From the NCBI RefSeq assembly GCF_032062105.1, contig NW_026932237.1, positions 372,001 through 436,000 of the forward strand: DNA of 64,000 nt. The letters run 5' to 3'. Below the pieces are notes generated by a model. The model was not told the origin of the DNA, ran no database searches, and saw only the letters and a program-made list of their open reading frames with translations. The position numbers and the translations under genes were made by a program. Shown here piece by piece: positions 13,027-24,468 of the stretch (position 1 is the stretch's first letter; each line of letters begins with the position of its first letter). Source of the stretch: Saccostrea cucullata. Lineage: Eukaryota.

Positions 13027-14268
13027 ATGGAAGAAAATATTTGCTTTGGACAGACATTACTAAAGATTTTATGTTTAGTCGCCATTTTGCAATTGAAAAT
13101 AGTTCCGGGGAAGCCTTCTAGTATTTCTCCAGCACAAGGTTTGAATAATGTAACATACACTGAAGAGAATGTCATGTCAAACGTAACAAAAAAGACGTCT
13201 GAAGCAACGACTGAAGCCAGTGGTGATTCACATGTTACCGTAACGGTTGCAACTGACTTGTATCTTGGACAAAAGAAGGACGACTCGGGCATACAAGACA
13301 TGATGGAAAAGAACAAGACAGACAATACAACACAGACTCTGACAAATGCAACAACACAAGATATTCAGTATTTTTCTCTGTTTATACCTGTAAGCGCAGT
13401 ATCAGTTGGATTGCTTGTTATGGCCTTCAATGGTTTAGTTTTGATTATTACTGGTACAAACCGTAAATTACGAAACAGCACGTATCTCTGTCTAGTATCG
13501 AGTCTCTCTGTTAATGATTTTATCTTAGGAATATGTACATTTCTCAATGGTATTCGAGTATTTACACTCACGAATACGAATTCAAGCATCATTGAATTAT
13601 GTGTTTTGTTAAATGTACTTGGCATTTCATGTTTTTCGGTGTGTTCTTTCCAAATTGTTTGCATAAGTTTTCATCGGTTTCTTGTCATAACTGAGAATAG
13701 CTTAGACGAAAAACTTTTTGGTAAGAAACGGAAATACCTCGTGTTCATTACTGGATGGGTTTTAAACGTAGCAATTGTGTTCTCCTTAGTCTCTCCTTCT
13801 AAATACAAGTCTAGTAATACTTGCAATTACAGAAATGTATTTGGTGAAAAGATAATTCTTCTTGGCTGGGTTAATACAGCACAAGGTACGACGTGCTTAT
13901 CTCTAACACTTATATTTTATTGTTTATCTATTTACAATCTAAAAAACCGTTATCTAAATGCTTCATCATAATTTTCCGAACATGTCAACAGTTCAAAACG
14001 AAGAAAAATGATAAAATCTATGAAGTTGATTACCATTTTACTAATCGCCCTATTTTTATTAACACTACCAATTGTAATAATTCGCGTAATTGAAAGTATC
14101 TTGAACGTCGACACCATTAGCACAACCATTGTTGTATTTTTGTATTTGTTGGCAAACGTAAATTCTCTTATCAATCCAATTATATACCTTTTTAATATCC
14201 CAGAGTTTCTAACTGCCTTGAAACATCACAGGTTAAGGTTTCCAAGTACCCAAAAAGAGAGCAAATAA
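13027..14268 (+). pseudogene. Rhodopsin-like (class A) GPCR with a single in-frame TAA at 13969-13971; pseudogene or null allele
   Basis: ORFs 13021-13971 (TM1-5) and 14008-14268 (TM6-7, NSLINPIIY) share one frame. NASS*FSEHVNSSKRRKMIKS aligns to the paralog's NTSSKFSQHIHYSKRRKMIKS (AAA to TAA). Confidence 0.85.
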
Positions 14269-14815
14269 TAATATTATTATAAATAAATACATGTAAATCT
14301 ATTATCATATTTATCATATTAATTTGTAAATTAATTAGATTTGAAAATGACATTTGTAATGTAAATTTTGTAAATTTTACACAGGTCGATTCGCATTCAA
14401 TCTATTTAGAACTTCATTCAGCCAGAACAGTCAGTCCGAAGAATATTTTTAAGGGTACTTAACACAAACAAAAACTGATGCATGGATTGATATAAATTTT
14501 CGTTTGAAATGACATAAATAATAAATCATTGAAATAAAAGAAATCTTAGGTTTTCCTTGGTGCTTAAATATGAGACTTTGTTTTGCTTTCTAAATAATTC
14601 CATACAAAATTTTGCACAAATTTTTAACCTTATGACAAAATCTTATAAAAATTTTCCCACTATACTTAGCCAGTATTCAGGTTACCAATTTAAATGGAAA
14701 TCTATGGTGAATATTACTGATTTCTGAAAAAAAAGTTTGTTTTATTTATCCTTTAATTTCTGATGTACGTCTATTGACGTGTTTTTGTAATATGCTCTTC
14801 TGGTCGCAACAGGAC

Positions 14816-14891
14816 TAGCCTGGTTCCCTGTCCCCGTTTTGCTGCATGTACTCCGCGTGATTAGGCAAGGATGCGACAGGGGACCAGGCTA
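14816..14891. mobile_element. 76-bp micro-MITE with TAG...CTA termini and a 9-bp TSD (AcademH-like)
   Basis: TIRs TAGCCTGGTTCCCTGTC / GACAGGGGACCAGGCTA; flanks CAACAGGAC and CAACACGAC match at 8 of 9. Confidence 0.75.
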
Positions 14892-15374
14892 CAACACGAC
14901 TTGCACGAAACTGGAGAAACAAGACAGATTATGTACATGTAAGAGAATCTATCTCTACAAGGGCCAAAAAATCCTTGCTGGGAGAGGGTGGCGTTTAAGG
15001 ACATACGTAACGTACATTTACACAGAATCTTTCCACAGACAACCTTTTAAGGTCAAACATATGGAGGTAACGAACAGTATTCAAGAAGTTCTCAATTTAA
15101 AATCATCGTACCATATAAGATGTTGTTATACATTAAATCAGCAGACATTACCAGGAGATTTGTCCAGGTATTGAATTTTTGAAAATTGGGGGTTTTTTAA
15201 AAAAGAAAATTAATAATAAATATAGTAGATTTAGCTTGTATTTTCTTTAAATTTGGGAAAAAGAAATTCAAGTTCAAAACTACTTTGCGCATGTCTTCAA
15301 TGTACTATGATTTTACCTTTGAAGTTAACGTTTCTCACTAAGCCCTCTAGTCTTTGCGCCAATGCGAACTTTAA

Positions 15375-15756
15375 GGAAGCTCTAAACACTGCACACTAAA
15401 GAGCCCCACTTATAGGGTAATTTTATACAGTTAGAGTGATCTACCCTTAGAAATAAGTGTTTTGAAAATGTTATTTACAGTTAATTGCACGATTTTTAAT
15501 AGATTAAAATATTTTAGCGTTATATCAGACCAAGAAAAAGTTATTTAATTCATTTTTTTCATTGATATTCTCAATGTAAGTAAAGAGCAGTGATTTCTGC
15601 TCAAAAGATAGTCCAATGTCACTGAACATTTTCCCTGCATAAATAGGACAGTACTCTAAAATATAAATGAATGTAAAAGTCTCAATATGCACACCCTTCT
15701 ATGATATATTTTTCTCGAAGTCAAAAAAGCAGTTTCTGTTAGTGTTTTGAGCTTCC
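15375..15756. mobile_element. TTAA-target MITE (Kolobok-like)
   Basis: TTAA|GGAAGCTCTAAACACT ... AGTGTTTTGAGCTTCC|TTAA. Confidence 0.8.
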
Positions 15757-16175
15757 TTAAAGTAATATTCGTTCAGCATTTTTCGACTCAGGATTATAAA
15801 ATTTGGACAGTATAGAAATATGTGGGAATATTTAAGAAAAAAATTAAACTTCTGTCGTGAATATTTAATACCTGTTTTGCGAAAGGCATAAATATTGCTT
15901 TCTGGATTTTATGACTTTAGCCAATAAGTCGGGAGAGGGCAATCCTAGATCTAGATATATTTATTTTTAGAAATAATCTTCTATGCAGGTCGTGATAGGA
16001 TCTATAACTGGACATTGGAATTCCAGCTGATGGAATTAAACATTGTCACTTAAAAACACCGTAGAGTTACAAAGTCAGTGAAGGGATTATTTCTAATATA
16101 AAAAGTAACATTTCGACCGAACAATTAATTATTTAATCATATTTTTTCTTTAAATTGATAAATAAAGACTATAAA

Positions 16176-17837
16176 CGAGGGTTGTCGGGAAAGTTCATGG
16201 CCAATTTGTCTAGTGCGAAAACTAATCATCACTGCGTTCTAAATATTTCACTACTCTTTCAGTACATTTTTCACTGATATATATTGCAAATTTCAACAAA
16301 AAATGATAAATGCATAAATAAACGAATTATGAGATTTTATGTTATGTGTTTTTTGCCTTACGATACGGGGATGATAAAGTCAAAATATCTGAAGCACCTT
16401 TCCTCTTTGTGTCACATTAAAATCTCCTCATCGAACACCCAAGTAATTTTTATTCACCTGTGGGTAGCCTCCATTTTTCACTGGGTTCATGTTACCCCGG
16501 TTTTTTTTTTTACCTCAAATCACTGGACCTTTAAAATATTTGTAAGCCATTGCTTCAATTTGGACACGGCAGTCCGGGTAGACGTTTTCGAGACTTCTAA
16601 AGATCTATTTGATTTGTCTTATACACATGGCAGACTACTGAGGGTATTTCAACACAACCCTTATTTAGAATTTATGGTACGGCCCTGCTTCCCTGAGTTC
16701 TCATTGGTCATTCCTGTATAGAAGGGTAGAGATGGCGGCCCGTACCAGTATCATCTCATAGTCTTGAACGCAAGACCGACGTGTAACCTCCTCGGCACTG
16801 AAGAGGGGGAAGTGTAAACCTTCTCGGCACTGGAGAGGGGTGTCTGAGCCTCCATAGCGGCAAGAGACAGTAGTGTAACTCAAACATTGTTTGGAAAAAA
16901 AAGGCTACCGATATTAGAGGGACACGGGCGACCACACACAAACCAGTTTCATTTGTTGTATATTTTTGTAAATTAAAAATGTAAAGTTAAAATGAAGAAA
17001 AGATTTTCTGTTATTTATCAAAGAGGAGTTTGGATCACTATTCTCTACGCAAGGTCATTCATTGATGCACATTCTTGAGTTTTCCTTTATTTCTCTATTA
17101 ACAATCGAGGAACCAATCTTAAGCTTGTACACACATGGAACCTTCTGCAGATTTTTTCGAAAATTGTGTACGTTATTTTCATTATCATTCAGGCATTCAT
17201 ATAGGCATTCTTATATCGACGGTCTACATGTACAGTGGCAGGGTTTTTCCACTATTACCATGACTGTTTGTCCCATGTTTCGTTCTTCCTGGGGATTTGA
17301 TCTAAAAGATTTCGCTCATTTAACTCTAATTTCACTTGTATACTAAATCTCTTGATTTTTTCATATGTTTTTCTTCTGCATTCATTTTTAGTCTGTTATC
17401 AAGTAATTGTTATAACTGAACTGTTCACCGCTACGCCGTAATGTCGCATTTATCGTGTGTTGTGTTGAACATTTCACATTTCGAATGCTCGGGAATCTGA
17501 CAAAAATTAAGCAAATGCCTTGAAAATTTCCAAAAGACGACACAATGTGGTGGCAGATTAAAACTGGATAATTTTTATACAATCTTTTCAATTTGATTCT
17601 TTTATTTCGAAATAATAGTCGTGTCTTCTCTAAATAAACCCTGTTTTTTCTTTTTTATTCGTGCGTCTTAGGACTTTACCCTGTGCACATTTAAGCCATA
17701 TAAAATCAATATTTTTGTCTATATTTTATCAGAAAAATTATTATGCATTAAAATATGATCAATAAACAATTTCTGAAAAATTCAAGTATTTTTTTTTAGA
17801 AAAACGCTTTGTCCTCGATTTTACCGGACAACACTCG
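16176..17837. mobile_element. Older mariner-like non-autonomous element
   Basis: Imperfect TIRs CGAGGGTTGTCGGGAAA / TTTACCGGACAACACTCG related to the 11556 MITE; internal GC-rich direct repeat CTCGGCACTG(A/G)AGAGGGG at about 16791 and 16823. Confidence 0.55.
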
Positions 17838-19148
17838 TTTATATATTTATTTTAATATAATTCAAAGAGCCTGCAGAATCATCGGCATCATCGCTTGATG
17901 TAAATCCAGGATTTTTTAGAACGTTTGTAGATAATTTAATAATTAGCATCAATATATTATCGTTTTATTTTGTCATTAAGAAGGAGAATACCTTCGACTT
18001 GTTTTAACAACTATTGCTAACATAAAGTGGATCTTGTCCCGAACTTCTTTGTTTTGATAGAATGTGCAACACTTCAAGTGCATTTTAATGATGCAATAAC
18101 TTGATCGTAGTAATACAATATTGTATTGATTGTTTTATAGCTAATTCAAATTTTATTACTGAATGACCTTCGTATACCAAATGTCATATTTCTTTTTCAA
18201 TCGAGATGAACCCTAAGAGATGGAAAAGAAGGCAGTGTATACAATATGGACATTGTGTGTATTAAAAGTGAAGTTTTTTTGACTTTACAGTGGTATGCTA
18301 TATAAATTATATATAAATATATATAAATGGTTCCAACATAACTATTATTGATTGTGGATAAACGATGTGTATTAATGAATAATATTTCTCTCATATTTCC
18401 TCCTTCCTTTTCTGTTTCCGTTACTCTACTGAAACCTTTTGCAAGTTATTTAATGCATTTCATTCACTTGAGTCTAAATTACTAATAATTAAAAATTATG
18501 TACAGCTATAGCTTAAGCTAATAAAGGTGCACAGCTGATATGCATGCTAGTATATCTATAATATTCTTTGCAATGTATATTGATTAATGTAAATTGTTTT
18601 TTATCAATGAAAAAAGTGACTGTATATAAACATGTTGATGCAATCCTCACAGTGATCACATGTATTATGAAGGACCGATGATACAAACAAAAATTGTATA
18701 CCTTGATTGGTATATATATATATTTTTTACCTGAAATAATAAATTCCTAGAATATAAAGAAATTGTACACCTTCTGTGACGTTCTAAATTCTACCTTTCT
18801 GAAGCCATCCTTATTATTCTATACAAATATTTTCACTTAAAATTCCATTTTTGTGCAACTTTGAATAAAAAACGTTAAAACTAGGAGGTGAAGTTTATTT
18901 ATTTTATTTATTAAAATATAACCCAAGTTGGTATTTTTAAAATTTTTGACAAAAAATTGTTTGTATCATCTTTCCTTAATAAAAAGGAAGGAGACTCTAT
19001 ACTATCTTTCCATCTCATTGGTGTTTCATACTTGAGCAAGTATATTTAGTCCTGAAGTGTTTCTCAAGCATGTTAAAGTGCAAATAATAAATAGAATTTA
19101 TGAAGTGTTCCATATATATTTGTATATTGAGAGTTTAGGACATGGATA

Positions 19149-21203
19149 TTACTGAAATGTCATATCGTACATGTTAATTACATGATCTCCAGCAACAAGC
19201 ATTTTGTTTTTAAAAACCGAGATACATCTCGGGGCCTTCTGCCATTTTCTTATATCAATTGTTGACAACAATGTACCGTTGATATTAAATCTTGATATGG
19301 TATGGGTAAAAAAGTTTGCGATATAGATATGTCCATCAGCGTCACAACTTATTGACCCCGGGTCATGAGATATCTCTTTCAAGATCTTACCACTGTTACT
19401 GATAAGATAAACGCACTTTTTATCGAAATCGGAAACCACAATTGTTTCATTTGGCAGAGAGCAAGCGTAAGTGGGCGTTCTAAGTGACGTTAAGTCGCCA
19501 TTCTCATCGTATATTTGAGTTTCAGTTAGCTTTCCGTTGATTTCTTTGAATATTTTGTTTTTATTCATCCATATCGTTAATCTATTGTTTGGCGACGTGG
19601 ACACAATCGTCGACACTCCTTCATATCTACCTATTTCTGCAAACTGTCTATCAAGTTTCAATAAATAGCCATCACTAGTTTTGCAAACAAATCCAGCTGC
19701 ATTTGCAGAAACTGAAAGAATTTTGGGAATTTTAATTGACTTTTTCACTTCCGTAGACAATGTTATGCTTAACATTTTTTCACTCATTTTGTCAATAGCA
19801 ACAACGCGACCATCCCGAGTCCACGTCACACTTGAATGAACTGGTGTACATTGGTCATCGCTGACATTAAACTTGAGTGTTCTTACAAAAGAAAGTACAC
19901 ATTGCTTGGCAATTTTAATCGAGGGAGGTAAATATGGCGCACTAGCAGAGAGAGGTTCAAACCGCGCTCTAGGAAAGAGACAACAAATGTGTTCTGAAGA
20001 AGGGAGATCTGTGATTTTATCATTTTCCTCCTTTTCCTCTCTGCATTCATCTATAACTGGCTCTACATATGCGTAATCTTTTTCTTCAGTTTGGATACTT
20101 GAGGTTTTGGCACCAGAAGTTTTCAAAGAGAAGCTTAGAAGTTTGGGTTCCTTCCACGTAATTTTGTATTCTGGTAGTTCTTTATTTTTGGACAGACACA
20201 TTTCCGTACAGTTCAATCCATTTAAACTAAGGACACGTTCATAAATTTCATCCATAAGCTGCAAAACTTCAAAATCATTTCCGTCCATTAAAATGTTATT
20301 TGAAAAGGTAATTGACTCTTCAATACTTTTACAATGTTTAGAGATATTATCAAATGCATGCTGCAGATTTTCTTTGTGTAAATGCATCTGGTTTTGTATC
20401 TCTTTCTCAATATTTCTTTGAGACGTTTTGATACAATTGATTGCTTCCAGACAACTTTTACTGATTTCTTGAAGGATCTTATTCTCTTTTGCTTCGCAAT
20501 CTTTTAATTCTACTGTAATTGAAGCACTGCAATCTTGAAAATCCTTTAATTTTTTCTTAAGAGGATTAATAACTTCATTGATTTCAAGCTCTTTTGCTTT
20601 TCGAAGTTCAGAAATTGGTTTGAATTTGTGTTCCCTATGTTCATATATTAAACAATCCCGACAAACAGGCAGTTGACATGACATGCAGAAGAAAGCTAAA
20701 ATTTCATCTGCATGCTTTGAACAACGCTCTTTTTGTGCTAATCTTATTTCTTTTTCAAACTTTCCAGTTTCGATGTCCTTCATAGAAACAACTTTATGGT
20801 CTCTTGTTTGTCGAGTAAAGGCATGCCTCATTTTTCCACATTCGTTGCATAAATAATCAAGACAGGTTAAACACTGCGAAACAGCTGGACGCTTCTCCTC
20901 CATTAAAAGACAAAATGAGCAGAATTCAGATGACCCTGTTGACTTTTTAATTAGTTCAATCATATTCACTAGACAAAAATTTGTCTTTATTTCTTCCAAT
21001 TTTATCGAAAATGATTCTCTGCACATTGGACAGCTACAAATATTGGATAGGTCTGATTCCTTTTCCTTATTATATCGCAAAATGCATGATTTACAGAAAG
21101 AATGCAAACATGGTAAAGTTTTTGGTTCAGTGAAGACTTCGTAGCAAATCATGCATGTCAGGAAATCATCTTTTAGGGTAGATGAAAGTGATTCCATGTT
21201 CAT
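19149..21203 (-). CDS. TRIM E3 ubiquitin ligase (RING, B-box1, B-box2, coiled coil, NHL-like beta-propeller; TRIM2/3/56/71-like), 684 aa
   Basis: C3HC4 RING CMIC...LPCLHSFCKSC...CPMCR; B-boxes CSFC...CLTCLDYLCNEC and CSKH...FCMSCQLPVCRDC...H; helical region; beta-repeat C-terminus. Acceptor AG immediately before ATG. Confidence 0.93.
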   Translation of the reverse strand: MNMESLSSTLKDDFLTCMICYEVFTEPKTLPCLHSFCKSCILRYNKEKESDLSNICSCPMCRESFSIKLEEIKTNFCLVNMIELIKKSTGSSEFCSFCLLMEEKRPAVSQCLTCLDYLCNECGKMRHAFTRQTRDHKVVSMKDIETGKFEKEIRLAQKERCSKHADEILAFFCMSCQLPVCRDCLIYEHREHKFKPISELRKAKELEINEVINPLKKKLKDFQDCSASITVELKDCEAKENKILQEISKSCLEAINCIKTSQRNIEKEIQNQMHLHKENLQHAFDNISKHCKSIEESITFSNNILMDGNDFEVLQLMDEIYERVLSLNGLNCTEMCLSKNKELPEYKITWKEPKLLSFSLKTSGAKTSSIQTEEKDYAYVEPVIDECREEKEENDKITDLPSSEHICCLFPRARFEPLSASAPYLPPSIKIAKQCVLSFVRTLKFNVSDDQCTPVHSSVTWTRDGRVVAIDKMSEKMLSITLSTEVKKSIKIPKILSVSANAAGFVCKTSDGYLLKLDRQFAEIGRYEGVSTIVSTSPNNRLTIWMNKNKIFKEINGKLTETQIYDENGDLTSLRTPTYACSLPNETIVVSDFDKKCVYLISNSGKILKEISHDPGSISCDADGHIYIANFFTHTISRFNINGTLLSTIDIRKWQKAPRCISVFKNKMLVAGDHVINMYDMTFQ

Positions 21204-21906
21204 CTACTGAAAAGATTATAGATGTCTGAATATGAAGTTGTATGACAAACAATATGACTAAATTATGAAAAGAATTAACATAATAACGTATGAACTTGAA
21301 TGATATGTTAGCAATAACTTTCGGTTAAATGAAATTATTTTAATATATTTTCCCTTTAAAGAGATATTTACGAATACTTTATGAGCAATTTGTTTAGTTT
21401 CTAGCAGTTAAAGTCAAGGCTCATATTGTTTGAAAAAGTGAGAAAGTAAGTAACAGAGAGAGAATAGGGAAGGATCAAAGTATTCTTATTTTATAATAAA
21501 GATATCGTATGGTCTTTCCATAGCTGGTGTGAGTAAGGGAACAGCTTATTACTACATTGTAGGTATATATTAAAATCAATTCCTACTAAGTAGTTCTCTT
21601 TTTCAGAAAAAAAAGATGCCAAACTTCAATAAATCATATAAATGTTTTTTTTTTAAAGTCATTCAATGAAATCTAAAACTGTAGAAATGATAAATACAAA
21701 TCATTTATTCATGAAAAGAAAAAATAAGACTAATTTCTCTTGTATGATATTAAAAACAAAATACCAAGATATGCAAATATCAACATTGTTATACATGTAT
21801 ATGTTTTAGTGTTCATACTTGTTTGTTTGGCGTTTATTTTCTTTTATCTCACCCTTTTTTGATGGCAGGCATACCAGTGCCGGCTTTATGCTATATTTAA
21901 TTTTAA

Positions 21907-21980
21907 GGGATCAGATTGCATAATATGATACCAAAGATTTTTTGTTCTTTCGAAGTTTTTACTAGTCTTGTCTGACCCCC
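21907..21980. mobile_element. Tiny TTAA-flanked inverted-repeat remnant
   Basis: TTAA|GGGATCAGA ... TCTGACCCCC|TTAA. Confidence 0.4.
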
Positions 21981-22914
21981 TTAATATGTTTAATTTTTGT
22001 TTTGCGTGATTTACTTCAATAAATGACATTTTTTTTCACTTTCATTACTGTTGTTATTTTCTTGAAATCCATCAAAAAACTAGCTCAGTTGACTTGGCCT
22101 CGGTCTTGCATTAATAACAAAGGAACATAGATATAATTCCTCAAACCACAAAATTTTGGCCCCTTGAAAATATGTGATTTTACAGTATTTTTAAAATCAA
22201 CGCTCTCCTTGAACAAATGTTATTTTATTATAAAGTGAACTTCACAAGAACTGAAATTTTTTGACTGTATTAATCAAATATCAATTAACAATTGTTTATA
22301 AAAATAATAAAATACCTTTTTTATGTTATAACGCAGTCATTTTCCAACCTTGTGACTATCACCTGATGTAGCGTTAACTAAATTAGACTTTGACACATTG
22401 ACACATATCTATGCTAGATAAATGATTATATATCAACAGTTTATGTGGAGTGATGATCCTTACAACTGAATTAGTTAAAAAAAATTATCAAATAATCAAT
22501 TGTATGAGCACAGATTCTGGTGGGGGTAAACTTCCTCTGATTTGTCATCTAAAAAGGTTTTGTACTCGTTGATTATAGTTGTTTAGCAATTAAGTTTACA
22601 CAATACATGTATAAATCATTGACATCAGAATAAACGAAATTTAATCAACAACAAATGTTTCTGCTTTAAGAGGTAAGAATAAGATATTTTTCAAATTGAA
22701 AAACGAATAATGGTGTCTTTAACAAAGACATTTAAATAGCCCTGGGTTTGCAGTGAATGTATTTAATTTCCAAATTATTAAATTAGAAGCACATTTAGTG
22801 CTAAATATTTAACGATACATACACGCCTGTCCACTGTAAATCTAGAGTATATTTAAAATAGCTTTTTGAATATATAAAAGGATTCATCAACCTCACATTA
22901 TATGTTTTAACCAT

Positions 22915-23125
22915 TCTTAATTGACAAAACGTCGTCGATATATCTAAATGTCGAGGCACAGCAAGTGTTTCTTTTGGACAAATCCTGCTACATATGAATA
23001 CAAACGTAGGTCTGTTTGTAAGGGTGTGCAGTTGGTACCAATGGGGAATTCTCATAGATTGTTGGAAGACCTGGTCTTCAAAAACCCCACTGTCAATCAG
23101 AAACTCATGATCAAGCATCTTTCGA
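22915..23125 (-). mobile_element. Penelope-like reverse transcriptase fragment, decayed
   Basis: Frameshifted translation VFQQSMRIP/IGTNCTPLQTDLRLYSY...FRYIDDVLSI matches the PLE RT motifs GIPMGTNCAP and YIDD. Confidence 0.75.
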
Positions 23126-24468
23126 ATATTAACTTCAGAGTACTTGTAAGTACAATCAGAATGTTTTTATACTAAATAATTTTGAATGTTAATTTAATAA
23201 ATACCATAGCTAGATACTGATACATCTTTTTTCTTGCCTTCTCATGAAAACAGCTGTGAAACAAATAATTATATCAAAGTGCTTATATTCCGTTAAACTG
23301 AGGACAAGCAGGTAAGAGCAAGAAATTTATCCTGGGTCATCTTTAAAAATTGTTTATTTGCCCCCTCCTCATCGACTGACTAAAACATTTTTAAATCCAT
23401 CATTTAAAAACGATCATTTTTTAAAATATCCGTTACATTTACTCCTGAACTTGTTTGATCCTGTCAATAAGTGTGTGAAATTTTCTAGGAAAGAAATTCC
23501 TACTACCAGCAGACCCACTTTTTTTAAAGCGATTCAGAAGAGAGAGAACAAAAAACCCCATTAGTGTTCAAAAGATGATCCTGTAAACACAAGAATGAAG
23601 ATTTTATCCCAGGTCTCTTCATATTTGTCTATCCCTACATGTAATGTAATGACTCTGAATATCAATGGTATGCAATCATACTTTGTCATCAACCATCTTT
23701 ACAAGTTTATGACAAATTTTGAAAAATCAGTTTAAATACAATCATTCATGGTATGACCAAAATTAATATTCATTAGAATTCGAACAAATTACTTGTATGC
23801 AAAGATCTAGTCCAAAAACTACACAGATATTGTTAGTTAGAAACTCAAGATATTTTTAATATTAATTTTGATTTTTTGTGTGTGTCTTTGAAAGCAGAAT
23901 GGCTTAGCAAAATAAATTTGCCACTGACTAATGCCAAGAAAAGTTGATTTGTTAGTTCATTTTAAAGGGCTTCTGATAATTCTAATTGTGTAATGTGTTA
24001 AAAAGTCATACATTTTAAAATTATAAATATTGAGAAAAAAATTGAAAGAACTTTGATTTTAAATGTGAATGATCAGGATTTTTGAATATTCACAACCGAT
24101 TTACATTTCTCAAAAATTTAGTTAAACAGTATTTCCGAAGTTATTCTGCTGTTAATATTTTAGTGAGGATATACGAAAGGCTTTAAAACATTTATTAGAA
24201 CCCGCAATGGATCTTTCTTTCTACAAATTGTTATGAAGTTTAGGAATAGAGTTTACGTATAGAAATTCAAAATTATTTTTATTGTTGTGATCATTAAATA
24301 AAATCCCAATTATTACTTTATTTGAATTCTTTTCTATGAAGAAAAAAATTCGATACTGTATGTACATGGACATGTAAACATTTTAATCAATAATTTTATT
24401 TCTACGTTAAATAATATGAGACATCTTTGAATACACTAGTCTATTTTAAGATATGGTCATTAAATCAT

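Noticed and set aside
12987-13664. Antisense ORFs over the GPCR and TRIM genes, and the other short 60-130-aa ORFs in the track
   Set aside because: Shadows of real coding strands or chance ORFs in AT-rich or TE DNA, with no motifs.
13969-13974. Programmed stop-codon readthrough in the GPCR
   Set aside because: TAA-TTT is a poor readthrough context; leaky stops are typically TGA-C.
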